A DNA stretch of 64,000 nucleotides from Spirochaetaceae bacterium (GTDB taxonomy: Bacteria; Spirochaetota; Spirochaetia; DSM-2461). The translations under genes and the position numbers were made by a program. The stretch spans positions 320,001 through 384,000 of the forward strand of contig JAOPTT010000009.1 in NCBI GenBank assembly GCA_051531975.1, in the 5' to 3' direction. Below are positions 10,185 to 20,365 of the stretch, in pieces. Each line of letters opens with the position of its first letter. Within the stretch, counting starts at the first letter, position 1. The notes beneath the pieces were generated by a model. The model did no database searches. It saw only the letters and a list, made by a program, of their open reading frames with translations, and was not told the DNA's origin.

Positions 10185-10787
10185 ATGAACAGAAAGATAG
10201 GGATATATAGCTCGATTATTAATGCGTTGTCTGTTACTGCATTTTTATTTTTTTTAATCATTGGAAATGATTTTGGAAGTTATTTAGTATGTATGTTCAT
10301 CGCTTTTAGTTTTATTCCAATGATGTGCACATATAGTTTTTATTCTAGCCCTGATAAGAAGGTTGCGGGATATATTGCTATGGTATTTTCTTCAGTATAT
10401 GCAGTATTAATCTTATTAGTATACTTTGCACAAGTTACAGCAGTATCTCTTGATGGATTGAATGAACAAGCGACACAAATAATTGATTATTCTAAATATG
10501 GATTATTTTTTAGTTATGATTTACTTGGCTATGGAATTATGGCTCTTTCGACTTTTTTTGTAGGATTAACAATTGATGTAAAGTCAAAGAGAGATAAGTG
10601 GTTAAAGTGGCTTCTGATTATTCATGGAATTTTCTTTATTAGCTGCTTTATTATGCCCATGCTTGGTTTATTTAGCCCTAATATGGAGGGATCTGATTGG
10701 GTTGGTGTTGCAGTACTTGGGTTTTGGTGTGTTTATTTTATTCCAATTGGAGTCTTATCAGCTTTATACTTTAAGCAGAAGGAATAA
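10185..10787 (+). CDS. Hypothetical integral membrane protein (~6 TM)
   Basis: 200-aa hydrophobic ORF, RBS GAGAGG, 'YDLLGYG' motif. Confidence 0.75.
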   Translation: MNRKIGIYSSIINALSVTAFLFFLIIGNDFGSYLVCMFIAFSFIPMMCTYSFYSSPDKKVAGYIAMVFSSVYAVLILLVYFAQVTAVSLDGLNEQATQIIDYSKYGLFFSYDLLGYGIMALSTFFVGLTIDVKSKRDKWLKWLLIIHGIFFISCFIMPMLGLFSPNMEGSDWVGVAVLGFWCVYFIPIGVLSALYFKQKE

Positions 10788-10891
10788 ATACTGGACTATT
10801 CTTTAAGGGATCGGTACTTTTCATGTACAACATCACATAACACTCTATCTCTAGTAGAAAGTAGAATACGAGGATAACTTATAAAAAACTA

Positions 10892-10909
10892 ACCCTGCTT
10901 TTGCAGGGT
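10892..10909 (-). terminator. Terminator after purA
   Basis: ACCCTGC-tttt-GCAGGGT hairpin just past the purA stop. Confidence 0.6.
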
Positions 10910-10917
10910 CTATTATT

Positions 10918-12180
10918 TTATAAGTAAATTATTGCATCTCTATTTGAACCTACAGATACATATTTAATTTTAAAACCAATTAGTTCCTGAACTCTATTAA
11001 TATATGTTTTTGCACCTAATGGTAAATCATCAAACTTTCTAATATTAGAAATATCACACTTCCAACCTTTTAAAGTTTCATAGACAGGTTCTGCTATTTC
11101 TAACTCAGGGTTTGTAGGGAAGGTCGTTATAACTTCTGAATCTATCTTATATCCAGTGCAAATTTTAATCTCATCTAGGTAACCAAGAACATCTAATAGT
11201 GATAGGACTACATCAGTCGTTCCCTGAAGTTCACAACCATATTTACTAGCTACAACATCAAACCATCCAACTCTCCTATCTCTACCAGTTGTAGCACCAA
11301 ATTCTCCACCATTTAATCTAAGTGTTTTAGCTTCTGTTCCAGATAATTCAGATACAAATGGTCCAGCACCTACAGCACTAGAATAAGCTTTAACAACAGT
11401 AACTACACGAGTTAATTTAGCTGCTGGTATACCACAACTTACAGGAGCAAAAGAAGCCAAAGGGCTAGATGATGTTGTCATTGGATATATTCCGTGATCA
11501 GGGTCTTTTAGTGCACCTAGCTGTCCTTCCATTAAAATATTTCCATCGATATTGTTTGTTAATAACAGTTTTGTATCGGTTATATACTCTTTAATAAGTT
11601 TCCCTTGTTCTAATAGATCTAATGTAATCTGTTTTGCATCTAGTTTAGGATGATTATATAGATTTTCTAACAGTATATTTTTCTTCTCTATATTTCTTTC
11701 TACTTTTTTTAATAGTGATTCTTCATTAAACAGATCGGCTATTTGAATCCCAATTTTCAGATACTTATCTGAATAAAATGGTGCCATCCCAGACTGTGTG
11801 GAACCAAACTGCTCTTTACCTAATCTTTGTTCTTCTAGTTTATCTAGTAGTATGTGGTGTTTTAATACTACCTGTGCTCTGTGGCTAATAACAATATTAG
11901 GTTTTGGGACACCTCTAGAAATTAACTCATTATACTCAGATAAAAATGCCTCTATATTTACTGCAACTCCAGTTGCTAAAACATTAATAGTATTAGAATT
12001 AAAAACCCCAGAAGGTAGTAGGTGTAGCTGAAACTTACCATATTCATTTACAATGGTATGTCCTGCATTGTTTCCACCCTGGAATCGTACAACAAAATCT
12101 GAATCTTTTGCTAATAGGTCGGTAATTTTACCTTTCCCTTCATCTCCCCAATTTGCTCCTACAACTGCTGTAATTCCCAT
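10918..12180 (-). CDS. purA: Adenylosuccinate synthetase (divergent subfamily)
   Basis: 'GANWGDEGKGK', 'RFQGGNNAGHT', 'HLLPSG', 'EFGATTGRDRRVGWFD'. Confidence 0.95.
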   Translation of the reverse strand: MGITAVVGANWGDEGKGKITDLLAKDSDFVVRFQGGNNAGHTIVNEYGKFQLHLLPSGVFNSNTINVLATGVAVNIEAFLSEYNELISRGVPKPNIVISHRAQVVLKHHILLDKLEEQRLGKEQFGSTQSGMAPFYSDKYLKIGIQIADLFNEESLLKKVERNIEKKNILLENLYNHPKLDAKQITLDLLEQGKLIKEYITDTKLLLTNNIDGNILMEGQLGALKDPDHGIYPMTTSSSPLASFAPVSCGIPAAKLTRVVTVVKAYSSAVGAGPFVSELSGTEAKTLRLNGGEFGATTGRDRRVGWFDVVASKYGCELQGTTDVVLSLLDVLGYLDEIKICTGYKIDSEVITTFPTNPELEIAEPVYETLKGWKCDISNIRKFDDLPLGAKTYINRVQELIGFKIKYVSVGSNRDAIIYL

Positions 12181-12261
12181 ATTATCTCCTATTTACTGCT
12201 GATAAATCTAATAGTATAATAAGTTTATACATAAGTATAATTGATTAAATTTATGCATGAC

Positions 12262-12276
12262 ATAAGGTGTAGTTAT
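12262..12276. promoter_or_regulatory. Candidate LysR recognition site (T-N11-A)
   Basis: ATAA-ggtgtag-TTAT palindrome between divergent purA and lysR. Confidence 0.5.
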
Positions 12277-13161
12277 ATGGATTTGAATTTTGAATGGTAT
12301 AAAGTTTTTTATTATGTAGCAAAAGAGGGACAGATCTCTAAAGCTGCAAAAAAGCTATTTATAACCCAACCAGCTGTAAGCCAATCAATAAAACAGCTTG
12401 AAAAGAGTTTAGGTGGAGTTCTCTTTATTCGTAAACCTAAGGGTGTTATCTTAACATCGGAGGGTAGGCAGTTATTAAGCTATATAGAGAAAGCATTTAA
12501 TTATATCTCTGATGGAGAATTAAAATTTAAACAACTAAAAAATCTTGAATCTGGGGAGATTCGAATAGGGGCTAGTGATACACTGTGTAGTCACTATTTA
12601 ATAGATTATTTAGAGAAATTTCATACGGAATATTCTAGGGTTAAAATTCATGTTTATAATAAAACTTCCTATGAAATAATAGACTTATTAAAGAGTGGAG
12701 AAATAGATCTAGGTTTTATTAATATGCCTATAAATTTAGATAAATCCTTAGATATTATTAATGTTAAAAATCTTCAGGACTGTTTTATATGTAGCGATAA
12801 GTTCAGTGAATTAATCGCTAAGAAAGTTACACTGGAACAACTTAGTAAATACCCTCTTCTGTTATTAGAGCAGGGTAGTAACATGAGAAAGTTTGTGGAT
12901 CGGTATTTTGATAATAATGGAATTATTTATACCCCAGAGTTGGAATTAGGAAGTATTGATCTATTAACCAAGTTTGCCAGTGTAGGATTTGGTGTCTCTT
13001 TTGTAACTAAGGACTTTGTAAAAGAAGAGATTAAAAATAGTGATGTTTTCGTAATTGATATCCAAGAAGAAATTCCTAAAAGGTCTATTGGGATGGTTAA
13101 AGTTAAGGATAGACCTTTTAGTCATGCAGCCAAAGTATTTTATGACTATTTCACTAATTAA
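12277..13161 (+). CDS. LysR-family transcriptional regulator
   Basis: HTH 'ISKAAKKLFITQPAVSQSIKQLE', 'GEIRIGAS'; start ATG 12277. Confidence 0.95.
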   Translation: MDLNFEWYKVFYYVAKEGQISKAAKKLFITQPAVSQSIKQLEKSLGGVLFIRKPKGVILTSEGRQLLSYIEKAFNYISDGELKFKQLKNLESGEIRIGASDTLCSHYLIDYLEKFHTEYSRVKIHVYNKTSYEIIDLLKSGEIDLGFINMPINLDKSLDIINVKNLQDCFICSDKFSELIAKKVTLEQLSKYPLLLLEQGSNMRKFVDRYFDNNGIIYTPELELGSIDLLTKFASVGFGVSFVTKDFVKEEIKNSDVFVIDIQEEIPKRSIGMVKVKDRPFSHAAKVFYDYFTN

Positions 13162-14066
13162 ATATCTGTAGGGTGTATCGGTTCTGATTTTAAGGATCTT
13201 TGACTTAAAATTACACCAAATAGTATAACAATCGCGGATATAATCTGTATTACATTTAAGCCCTCACCTAAAATTAACCAACCAGTAATAATTGCCATTA
13301 CTGGGACTAAATTTATATAGGATGAAGCCTTAGATGCGGAAACTTTGCTAATTCCCCAATTATACAAACCAAATGCTCCTAAAGAGACAAATACTCCAAG
13401 GTATAACAGTATTGATATTAACTGTATTGTCCAATTGATATCGTTATTAACTAACTTAAATAGACCAGGTATAAAAAACATTGTTCCGGCTAATACCTGC
13501 ATAAAAGTTAATGTCCATGGATTATATCTTTTTGATAGTTTTTTAATTATTAACATATTACCTGCAGCAAATATCATGGCCGTAAATTCTAATATATTAC
13601 CTAAGACAGGATTTTCAGCAATACTATTAGATCCCTGGCTTCTTGTTAAAAAAACAACTCCAATCACTGATAAGGTTAGACCTAATATAGTTTTTATATT
13701 TATCTTTTCTGATAAAAATATCCAAGCCCCTAGGGTAACCAATATTGGTACAGTTGCAGATATTACACCAGCTTGAGATGATGTTGTTAACAGCAGAGCA
13801 TTAGATTCTAGTAGAAAGTATAAACAAGGTTGCATAAGAACCATTGGTAGAAGTAGTTTCCAATCACCTGGTAGATAATTATTAGGAAACAGTTTTTTAG
13901 AGAAAGGAAGTACTACAATTAATGCGGTTACCATTCTTATCCAGATAACAGAAAGTGGATGTAAACTTCTTAGTGATATTCTCATACCAACAAATGAACA
14001 GCCCCATAATATAACAGCGGCTATAATTGCTAAAATTGGAATTATGTTTTTAATTGTTCTATTCAT
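13158..14066 (-). CDS. DMT/EamA-family transporter
   Basis: ~10 TM in two EamA repeats ('ILWGCSFVG', 'FLSEKI', 'ILGEGL'). Confidence 0.92.
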   Translation of the reverse strand: MNRTIKNIIPILAIIAAVILWGCSFVGMRISLRSLHPLSVIWIRMVTALIVVLPFSKKLFPNNYLPGDWKLLLPMVLMQPCLYFLLESNALLLTTSSQAGVISATVPILVTLGAWIFLSEKINIKTILGLTLSVIGVVFLTRSQGSNSIAENPVLGNILEFTAMIFAAGNMLIIKKLSKRYNPWTLTFMQVLAGTMFFIPGLFKLVNNDINWTIQLISILLYLGVFVSLGAFGLYNWGISKVSASKASSYINLVPVMAIITGWLILGEGLNVIQIISAIVILFGVILSQRSLKSEPIHPTDI

Positions 14067-14089
14067 AAAATAAATATTATACAGATTGG

Positions 14090-14917
14090 TTAATTATGTA
14101 TTGTAAAATATTGCTTAGGTGTTGCTCCAGTATATTCACGAAACTTATTAGATAGATGACTCTGATCTGAAAATCCTGTTTCAAGTGCAATCTGAATCAG
14201 AGGTTTACCTTCTAATAGATGAACCTTAGCTTTCTCTATTCGTTTTTGCATCCTATATATATGTGGAGATGTACCTGTATTTTTCTTAAAAACCCGAAGG
14301 AAATGGTATTTACTTAAGCCTACCACATTAGATATCTCTTCTAATGATATTTTTTGATCTAGATTTTCCCTTAGTAGATCCGTCCCTATTTTAATTATGT
14401 TAGGCTCATGTTTTGAAACTACAGCACTGTTTTCTGATGTATATTTTGTTAGTTCTCCAACAAATTGTAAGAGATTACTCTCTTTTTCTAACAGATCAGC
14501 TTCTGATTGTATTGAATTATACAGATTCATAAACTCTATAGAACTTGATAGGTTTTTAATAACTACCTTCTCAAACTCAGGATTTATATCTTTGTCCTTA
14601 AAAATATCTTTAAATGATGCTGAAATAAGATCTTTTTCAATGTAGATCATTTTATAAGTCGAACTGTTATCTTTATATGGTGATCCTGAATGTAGAACTC
14701 CAGGGTTTATCATCGCTATATTTCCTGGTTTTACTAGAGAATTCTTTTTCTCTTTTTCTGTCCAGTAACTACCACCGGATTCCATTAAACTAAAAGCGTA
14801 TATGTTGTCATGAAAGTGTTTTGGAAAGCAGTGGTTACTATCTTTAACATCACAAAGTTCTATTCCTTTAAAATGTGGATCTCTTTTAAAATTTATAATG
14901 TTATTGGCTTTCATCAA
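14090..14917 (-). CDS. AraC-family regulator with cupin ligand-binding domain
   Basis: 'FPKHFHD', 'INPGVLH', HTH 'LSKYHFLRVFKK', 'GFSDQSHL..KF...GATPKQY'. Confidence 0.93.
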   Translation of the reverse strand: MMKANNIINFKRDPHFKGIELCDVKDSNHCFPKHFHDNIYAFSLMESGGSYWTEKEKKNSLVKPGNIAMINPGVLHSGSPYKDNSSTYKMIYIEKDLISASFKDIFKDKDINPEFEKVVIKNLSSSIEFMNLYNSIQSEADLLEKESNLLQFVGELTKYTSENSAVVSKHEPNIIKIGTDLLRENLDQKISLEEISNVVGLSKYHFLRVFKKNTGTSPHIYRMQKRIEKAKVHLLEGKPLIQIALETGFSDQSHLSNKFREYTGATPKQYFTIHN

Positions 14918-15068
14918 ATTAATATAACACTTTTATTTTTAATCATCAAATATCGGTTTTAATAAAACCTTAACTTCTGGTGTCCATTCTTTTATTTTCC
15001 TTGACAATAACACTTTATATCAAATATTATCAGTCTAAATATATTATTAAATAGATAAGGAATAATAA

Positions 15069-15650
15069 ATGAAAAAGATTGTTTTAATAGCAACATTGTT
15101 AGTTTTTGCTGGATTTACAGCATCTGCTCAGATTGGTTATGGAGTTAAAGTTGGATTACCATCATATATTGGAGAAGATGCAGAGGACTTAATAGCTGAT
15201 ACAGCAATTGGTTTTGGTGTGTTTTTAGATGTTGAAATACCTCTAGGTAGTTTGCTCTCTATACAGGGTGATGGTGGTTATTATTACGACGTACTAATGT
15301 TTGAGGATGGTTTCGATACTTTAACTACATCATGGATAAGTACACAGCTTAGACTTTTTGGTAAGCTTAAGTTACCACTTGGTCCTATTACTCCATTTGT
15401 TAAAGGTGGAATGGTTGTGACTTATATTGGTATGGGTACAGCTAGTGATGGATATAACTCCGCTGAGATAACGGTAGATAATAACATGTTATATGGTTAT
15501 GCAGTTGAAGCTGGTTTTGGATTTAAAAACTTAGCAGGAAAGACAGTTGAACTCGCTGCATTTTACCAAGAACATATAACCTCCTATGATTTCGAAGATG
15601 ATATTTCATTAGGTAGTATGGGTGTAAGTATTACTACTAAACTCTGGTAG
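15069..15650 (+). CDS. Outer-membrane beta-barrel protein (OmpA-like/porin-family)
   Basis: Signal peptide ending ASA-Q, 'YGVKVG', alternating amphipathic strands, terminal aromatic residue (…TTKLW). Confidence 0.7.
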   Translation: MKKIVLIATLLVFAGFTASAQIGYGVKVGLPSYIGEDAEDLIADTAIGFGVFLDVEIPLGSLLSIQGDGGYYYDVLMFEDGFDTLTTSWISTQLRLFGKLKLPLGPITPFVKGGMVVTYIGMGTASDGYNSAEITVDNNMLYGYAVEAGFGFKNLAGKTVELAAFYQEHITSYDFEDDISLGSMGVSITTKLW

Positions 15651-15663
15651 AAAGTCAATATAA

Positions 15664-15700
15664 ATAAAAAAGCCACCAAAATATTGGTGGCTTTTTTTAT
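15664..15700 (+). terminator. Intrinsic terminator
   Basis: AAAAAAGCCACCAA-aata-TTGGTGGCTTTTTTT. Confidence 0.85.
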
Positions 15701-15744
15701 GTAGTATATAATAGAGATGTTAATATAAAACATAAGGGATTTCC

Positions 15745-16776
15745 ATGGCAACAATTAAAGAACTGGCAGAAGCTGCAGGTGTTTCGGTTGGTACAGTAGA
15801 TAGAATATTACATAATAGAGGACGATTTTCGGCAAAGACAGCTGAAAAGGTTTTCGCTCTTGTTAAAGAGATGGGTTATACACCAAATCTTCATGCTAGA
15901 GGTTTAAAAAAGTCTTCTAAACACTCTTTTTCTGTTGTTATGCCTAATATTGACCAGGATGATGGCTACTGGGGTCTTATTTTAGAGGGAATTAACAGTA
16001 GCTTATTAGAATTATCCCCACTTGGAACTGAGTTAAATATTTATCACTTTGATAGATACTCCTCTAGTTCGTGTATTTCAGCTTTTGAAAAAGCTTTTAG
16101 TGACTCTTCTATTGGTGTTTTAGCTATTCCAGTAAGACCTCTGGATATTAAACATATTTTAGTTGATCAGAAAAAGCCTTATCTATTCATAGACTCTGAC
16201 ATCCCTGAAGTTGAAGAAAAAATAACATATATTGGTCAGGATTCATTTCAAAGTGGAGTTTTATCTGCAAAATTAATGTCTTTATTAATAAAAGGAAAAG
16301 AAAAATCAAATATACTAATCATTGGTCCATATGGTGATGATATCCACCTTCAGAATAGGATTGATGGATTTGAGACATCTATTAAAAACTTAATCTCATC
16401 ATTAAATATAACTACAATAAAAAATAGTATAGATACTAAAACTGATATTAAGGTTATAGAGACATTAAATGATTCTAATAACCTTCCTGATGGAATATTT
16501 GTTGCAAATTCTATGGTTTATACAATTGCTAATTATCTAAATAATAAGGGTGAAAAATATAAAAATATTCCACTTATAGGATACGATATTATACCTAAAA
16601 GCATTGAACTTATTTCTAATGGAATTATTGATTTTATTATTACTCAGCAGCCAACAGAGCAGGGTTATAGAGGTATAAAAACATTGTATGATAAACTTAT
16701 ATTAAAGCAGAACGTCGACTCTCAAATCATAATTCCTATGAATATTATTACAAAGGAAAATTTAGAAACATTTTAA
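15745..16776 (+). CDS. LacI-family regulator, probable arabinose repressor
   Basis: 'TIKELAEAAGVSVGTVDRILHNRG', 'YTPN..AR.L', periplasmic-binding-like domain. Confidence 0.92.
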   Translation: MATIKELAEAAGVSVGTVDRILHNRGRFSAKTAEKVFALVKEMGYTPNLHARGLKKSSKHSFSVVMPNIDQDDGYWGLILEGINSSLLELSPLGTELNIYHFDRYSSSSCISAFEKAFSDSSIGVLAIPVRPLDIKHILVDQKKPYLFIDSDIPEVEEKITYIGQDSFQSGVLSAKLMSLLIKGKEKSNILIIGPYGDDIHLQNRIDGFETSIKNLISSLNITTIKNSIDTKTDIKVIETLNDSNNLPDGIFVANSMVYTIANYLNNKGEKYKNIPLIGYDIIPKSIELISNGIIDFIITQQPTEQGYRGIKTLYDKLILKQNVDSQIIIPMNIITKENLETF

Positions 16777-16852
16777 TAAAGATTTATGGACAGCTATGTT
16801 AGAGGTTTGACCATATTTGGAAAAAGCTCTGGGAAGTATAATACTATTAGAT

Positions 16853-19096
16853 TTATTTATTACTGACTTTTCGTGTCAATAATAGATCAACTATTCTAAA
16901 CGGTTCCCCTCCACTGTTTTTAAAACATACTTTAATTTCATCCTTTCCCATGATGCTGCTTTTAGGCAATATAAGTTGTTTATCCAAATAATCTAAACCT
17001 TTAGAGGCTGTATTCTTAACTTCCGATACAATTACATTATCGACAATTACATTAAAACTAAAAATTCCACTCAAGGAGTATTTAAACTCCAGATAATTAT
17101 CCAATTCAGGATTAACCCTTAATAAATAACTTAATTCTCCATTTGGTAAAATCTCCCGATGCCTGTAACCATCCCTGGTATCAGAAATAGTGTTTTCACC
17201 ATAAATATTATGTTCTAATTCATACTGATCGTTACCAAGGGGAATCTTATCGATAATGGAGCATTCAAAAAGGGCTTTCTGCCTATGTCTTTTCTGATAT
17301 TTTTTTAATTCAGAACTATCTTTTTCTATTAATCTCCAATAAATTCCATATCTCTCTTTATACTGTAAATAGTGAGGTATAAATTTATACTCATTATTTT
17401 CATCACTAATGTAATATTCTGGTATTTCCCCAGATACAGGTTTTACTGTTACTGTTTTTTTAATCCAATCTTCAATGTTATTTACAATAAAAAAATCATC
17501 AATTTCAATGTTCTTAGTTGGAATAGTTACATCAACACCTGTTTTGGATATTTCCATATTATCTCTACCTAAACATGCACTTAACAGATTAGGCCCGTAT
17601 TTAAATGCATAAGTATTTGGACTATCACATAAGTTATGCAGTGTTAACTCCATAGGGAAATCTACTTCAATTTCTATACAACCACTAACTATTCCACTAA
17701 GTTCTAAAAAATCTTGGGATATTCTACTGCTTAAAGAACTGCGTCCTAAGACGACATTCCCTTTAACCCAACTTGGAATATGAAATTTTAAATTTACATA
17801 ACTCTCTTTTACATCTTTAAATGTTTCTAAAATAACTTTAAATTTTGACTTCTTTAAAAATTCAACATCAAGGGATAAAGAGATAGATTTATCATGCCAT
17901 TTATAATCAAATGACGCATAACGTGCAATGATTAACTCTTCCTCATTAAAATACAAAATACCATCGTTTAATTTTGTAAAGTTCTCCATACCACTACCAG
18001 TACAACACCAGAAGTTTTCAAAAGGTTCTCCAAATGTTTTAAAATACCCAGTAGCCATAGGTTGAAAATACATAGTCATTCCAGTCTCTGGATTCTGAGA
18101 TGGTAAAATTGCATTATTAAATGTATTTTCATAATAGTTAAGGTATTTTGACTTACCAGTTAACATAAATAGACCTTTAGATAACTTTAACATATTATAT
18201 GTATTACAAGTCTCACATGTACAGTTACTTCTCTCGGAATCCAAAATATCAGCTTCGCCAAAATGCTCCCATTCACTATTTCCACCTGTTATATATGTAT
18301 GGTGATTGATGACTATATCCCAAAAATTTTCTGCTGCCTCTAAATAAAAGTCCGTGTCATCTGTAACCATTACACGTTTCATTGCTCCAATAAATTTAGG
18401 AATTGTAGTATTTGCGTGTAAATTATTTAAAATATCATCTTTATTTGCAAGTGACTTAAAAAGTGAAAGCTCATCAAATTGATGTGCAGCTTTTAAGTGA
18501 TTTTTATTCTTCGTAATTAAGAACGTTTCATATAAGCAGTCATTCATTCCACCGTATTCAACGGCTAATACACGTTTTTGGATCTCATCTGACCAATTAT
18601 TTACACGGTTACTAATCCAGTTTGCTAGTTTAGTAATTATATGGAATGATTTCAGATCTTTCTTTAAATAATATACTGAAATTAATCCTGATAGAATTTT
18701 ATGCATAGTATACCAGGGAACCCAGGCTGGTTCTTTATTCTCCAATCTATCAAATAGAACTTCATTAAATGCTGATAAATAACCACTTTTATGCTGGCAT
18801 ATAGATAACTCATTAATTATATATTCAATTTTTTTACCTAAATCAGTGTCAGAGGAAAGTAAAAAAGCCTGGGATAGGGCAGTTAAGTAGTGTCCAAGGG
18901 TATGCCCCTGAATCTCACTTGATTCCCAACCTTCATATTGCTCTGCCTTTGCAGTTAAACCCTTCGTTGTGTAAAACCCAGATACTAAGCGATCGACATC
19001 TAATGATTTCAGGTAACGAACTTCTTGATAAAAAGCATTTATTAGAAAAGAATCTTTCAAAGAAACCTGATCCAATGCCACACTATTATATTTCAT
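16853..19096 (-). CDS. beta-L-arabinofuranosidase-like protein (GH127/GH146)
   Basis: 'GHTLGHYL', 'VPWYTMHK', 'EYGGMND', 'HANT', Cys motifs 'CETCNTYNMLKL' and 'FWCCTGSG'; ATG 19096 after AAGGTGG. Confidence 0.88.
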   Translation of the reverse strand: MKYNSVALDQVSLKDSFLINAFYQEVRYLKSLDVDRLVSGFYTTKGLTAKAEQYEGWESSEIQGHTLGHYLTALSQAFLLSSDTDLGKKIEYIINELSICQHKSGYLSAFNEVLFDRLENKEPAWVPWYTMHKILSGLISVYYLKKDLKSFHIITKLANWISNRVNNWSDEIQKRVLAVEYGGMNDCLYETFLITKNKNHLKAAHQFDELSLFKSLANKDDILNNLHANTTIPKFIGAMKRVMVTDDTDFYLEAAENFWDIVINHHTYITGGNSEWEHFGEADILDSERSNCTCETCNTYNMLKLSKGLFMLTGKSKYLNYYENTFNNAILPSQNPETGMTMYFQPMATGYFKTFGEPFENFWCCTGSGMENFTKLNDGILYFNEEELIIARYASFDYKWHDKSISLSLDVEFLKKSKFKVILETFKDVKESYVNLKFHIPSWVKGNVVLGRSSLSSRISQDFLELSGIVSGCIEIEVDFPMELTLHNLCDSPNTYAFKYGPNLLSACLGRDNMEISKTGVDVTIPTKNIEIDDFFIVNNIEDWIKKTVTVKPVSGEIPEYYISDENNEYKFIPHYLQYKERYGIYWRLIEKDSSELKKYQKRHRQKALFECSIIDKIPLGNDQYELEHNIYGENTISDTRDGYRHREILPNGELSYLLRVNPELDNYLEFKYSLSGIFSFNVIVDNVIVSEVKNTASKGLDYLDKQLILPKSSIMGKDEIKVCFKNSGGEPFRIVDLLLTRKVSNK

Positions 19097-19154
19097 CAAT
19101 ACCACCTTAAACAGAATTATATTAGCAATAGAAAATTTAGAAATGTTTTAAGAA

Positions 19155-19181
19155 ACTCCCGGGTGGAGATAACCCGGAAGT
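19155..19181 (-). terminator. Stem-loop after mmsB
   Basis: ACTCCCGGGT-ggagata-ACCCGGAAGT inverted repeat. Confidence 0.55.
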
Positions 19182-19192
19182 AATAAAATAAT

Positions 19193-20365
19193 TTATTTTG
19201 TTCGTTTTTTTGAATAGACATCAAATGCTACAGCTGATAGTAAAACCAAACCTTTAATAGCCTGTTGCCAGTCAATACTTACACCCATTATAGACATTCC
19301 ATTATTTAAAACACCCATAATAAGTCCACCTATAATTGCACCAATAATAGTTCCAATTCCACCTGTAGCAGATGCTCCACCAATGTAACAAGCTGCTATA
19401 GCATCAAGTTCAAATAAGTTACCTGCTTTAGGTGTTGCAGCATTTAATCTACCTGAGAATATAATACCTGCTAACGCTGCTAAAACTGCCATATTTACAT
19501 AAACACCAAATAGAACTTTATTGGTTTTAACACCTGATAATCTTGCAGCTTTTTCATTACCACCAAAGGCATAAATATGTCTACCAATTATTGTTTTGTT
19601 TGTCATAAAGGAATAAATCAGAACAAGAGATGCTAATAAAACTAGAACATTAGGAATACCTTTATATAGAGCTAACCATATAGTAAATAGGTTTATTACT
19701 ATTACCATAGCACTAGTAGATAATATAAAACTTAAAGGTGATGATATCTCAAACTTAAACTGTTTTTTCCCTAATCTTTTTTTATACATAAAAAATATGT
19801 ATAAAAGAGAGCAAATTATTCCTATAACAATGGTTGTTAAATGTAAACCTTTTCCATCACCTAGAATATCTGGAATAAAACCAGAAGCTATTTTTTGATA
19901 TGACTTTGGAAATGGAGCCAATGTTCGACCTTTAAGTAGTACCATAGTCAGACCTCTAAATACCAACATACCTGCTAAAGTTGCAATAAATGCTGGAATC
20001 CTGACGTAAGCAATCCAATACCCTTGCCATACTCCAACTAGCGCTCCTATTAGCAGAGAAATTATAATTGTTGGCAGTGTTGGTAGACCAAAAGTAACAG
20101 ATAAAGTTGCAGATACTGCTCCAACAAAAGCGGCAACAGATCCAACCGAAAGGTCAATATTTCCACCGGATAAAATGCATAACAACATACCAATTGCTAA
20201 AACCAAAATATAACTGTTTTGTAAAATAAGGTTTGTAACATTTAATGGTTTTAATAAAATTCCATTTGTAGTTATTTGGAACAGTATAATAATTGAAACT
20301 AGAGCAATTATCATTGCATTTTGTTTCATATGTCCTTTAAATTTATTTTTTATATCTATACTCAT
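19193..20365 (-). CDS. mmsB: Multiple-monosaccharide ABC permease (MmsB/GguB)
   Basis: 'IDLSVGS', '[15 protein letters not shown]', '[12 protein letters not shown]', 'FELDAIAAC'. Confidence 0.9.
   Translation of the reverse strand: MSIDIKNKFKGHMKQNAMIIALVSIIILFQITTNGILLKPLNVTNLILQNSYILVLAIGMLLCILSGGNIDLSVGSVAAFVGAVSATLSVTFGLPTLPTIIISLLIGALVGVWQGYWIAYVRIPAFIATLAGMLVFRGLTMVLLKGRTLAPFPKSYQKIASGFIPDILGDGKGLHLTTIVIGIICSLLYIFFMYKKRLGKKQFKFEISSPLSFILSTSAMVIVINLFTIWLALYKGIPNVLVLLASLVLIYSFMTNKTIIGRHIYAFGGNEKAARLSGVKTNKVLFGVYVNMAVLAALAGIIFSGRLNAATPKAGNLFELDAIAACYIGGASATGGIGTIIGAIIGGLIMGVLNNGMSIMGVSIDWQQAIKGLVLLSAVAFDVYSKKRTK

Noticed and set aside
10120..10880. Integron gene cassette with attC sites around the membrane-protein gene
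   Set aside because: There are only isolated GTTAAC and ACATAAC-like words. I found no complementary R''/R' boxes, no repeated attC and no integrase.
10918..12180. PurZ (2-aminoadenine DNA pathway) instead of PurA
   Set aside because: It retains the catalytic Asp in GDEGKG (PurZ has Ser there), and no phage, dATPase or polymerase genes are nearby.
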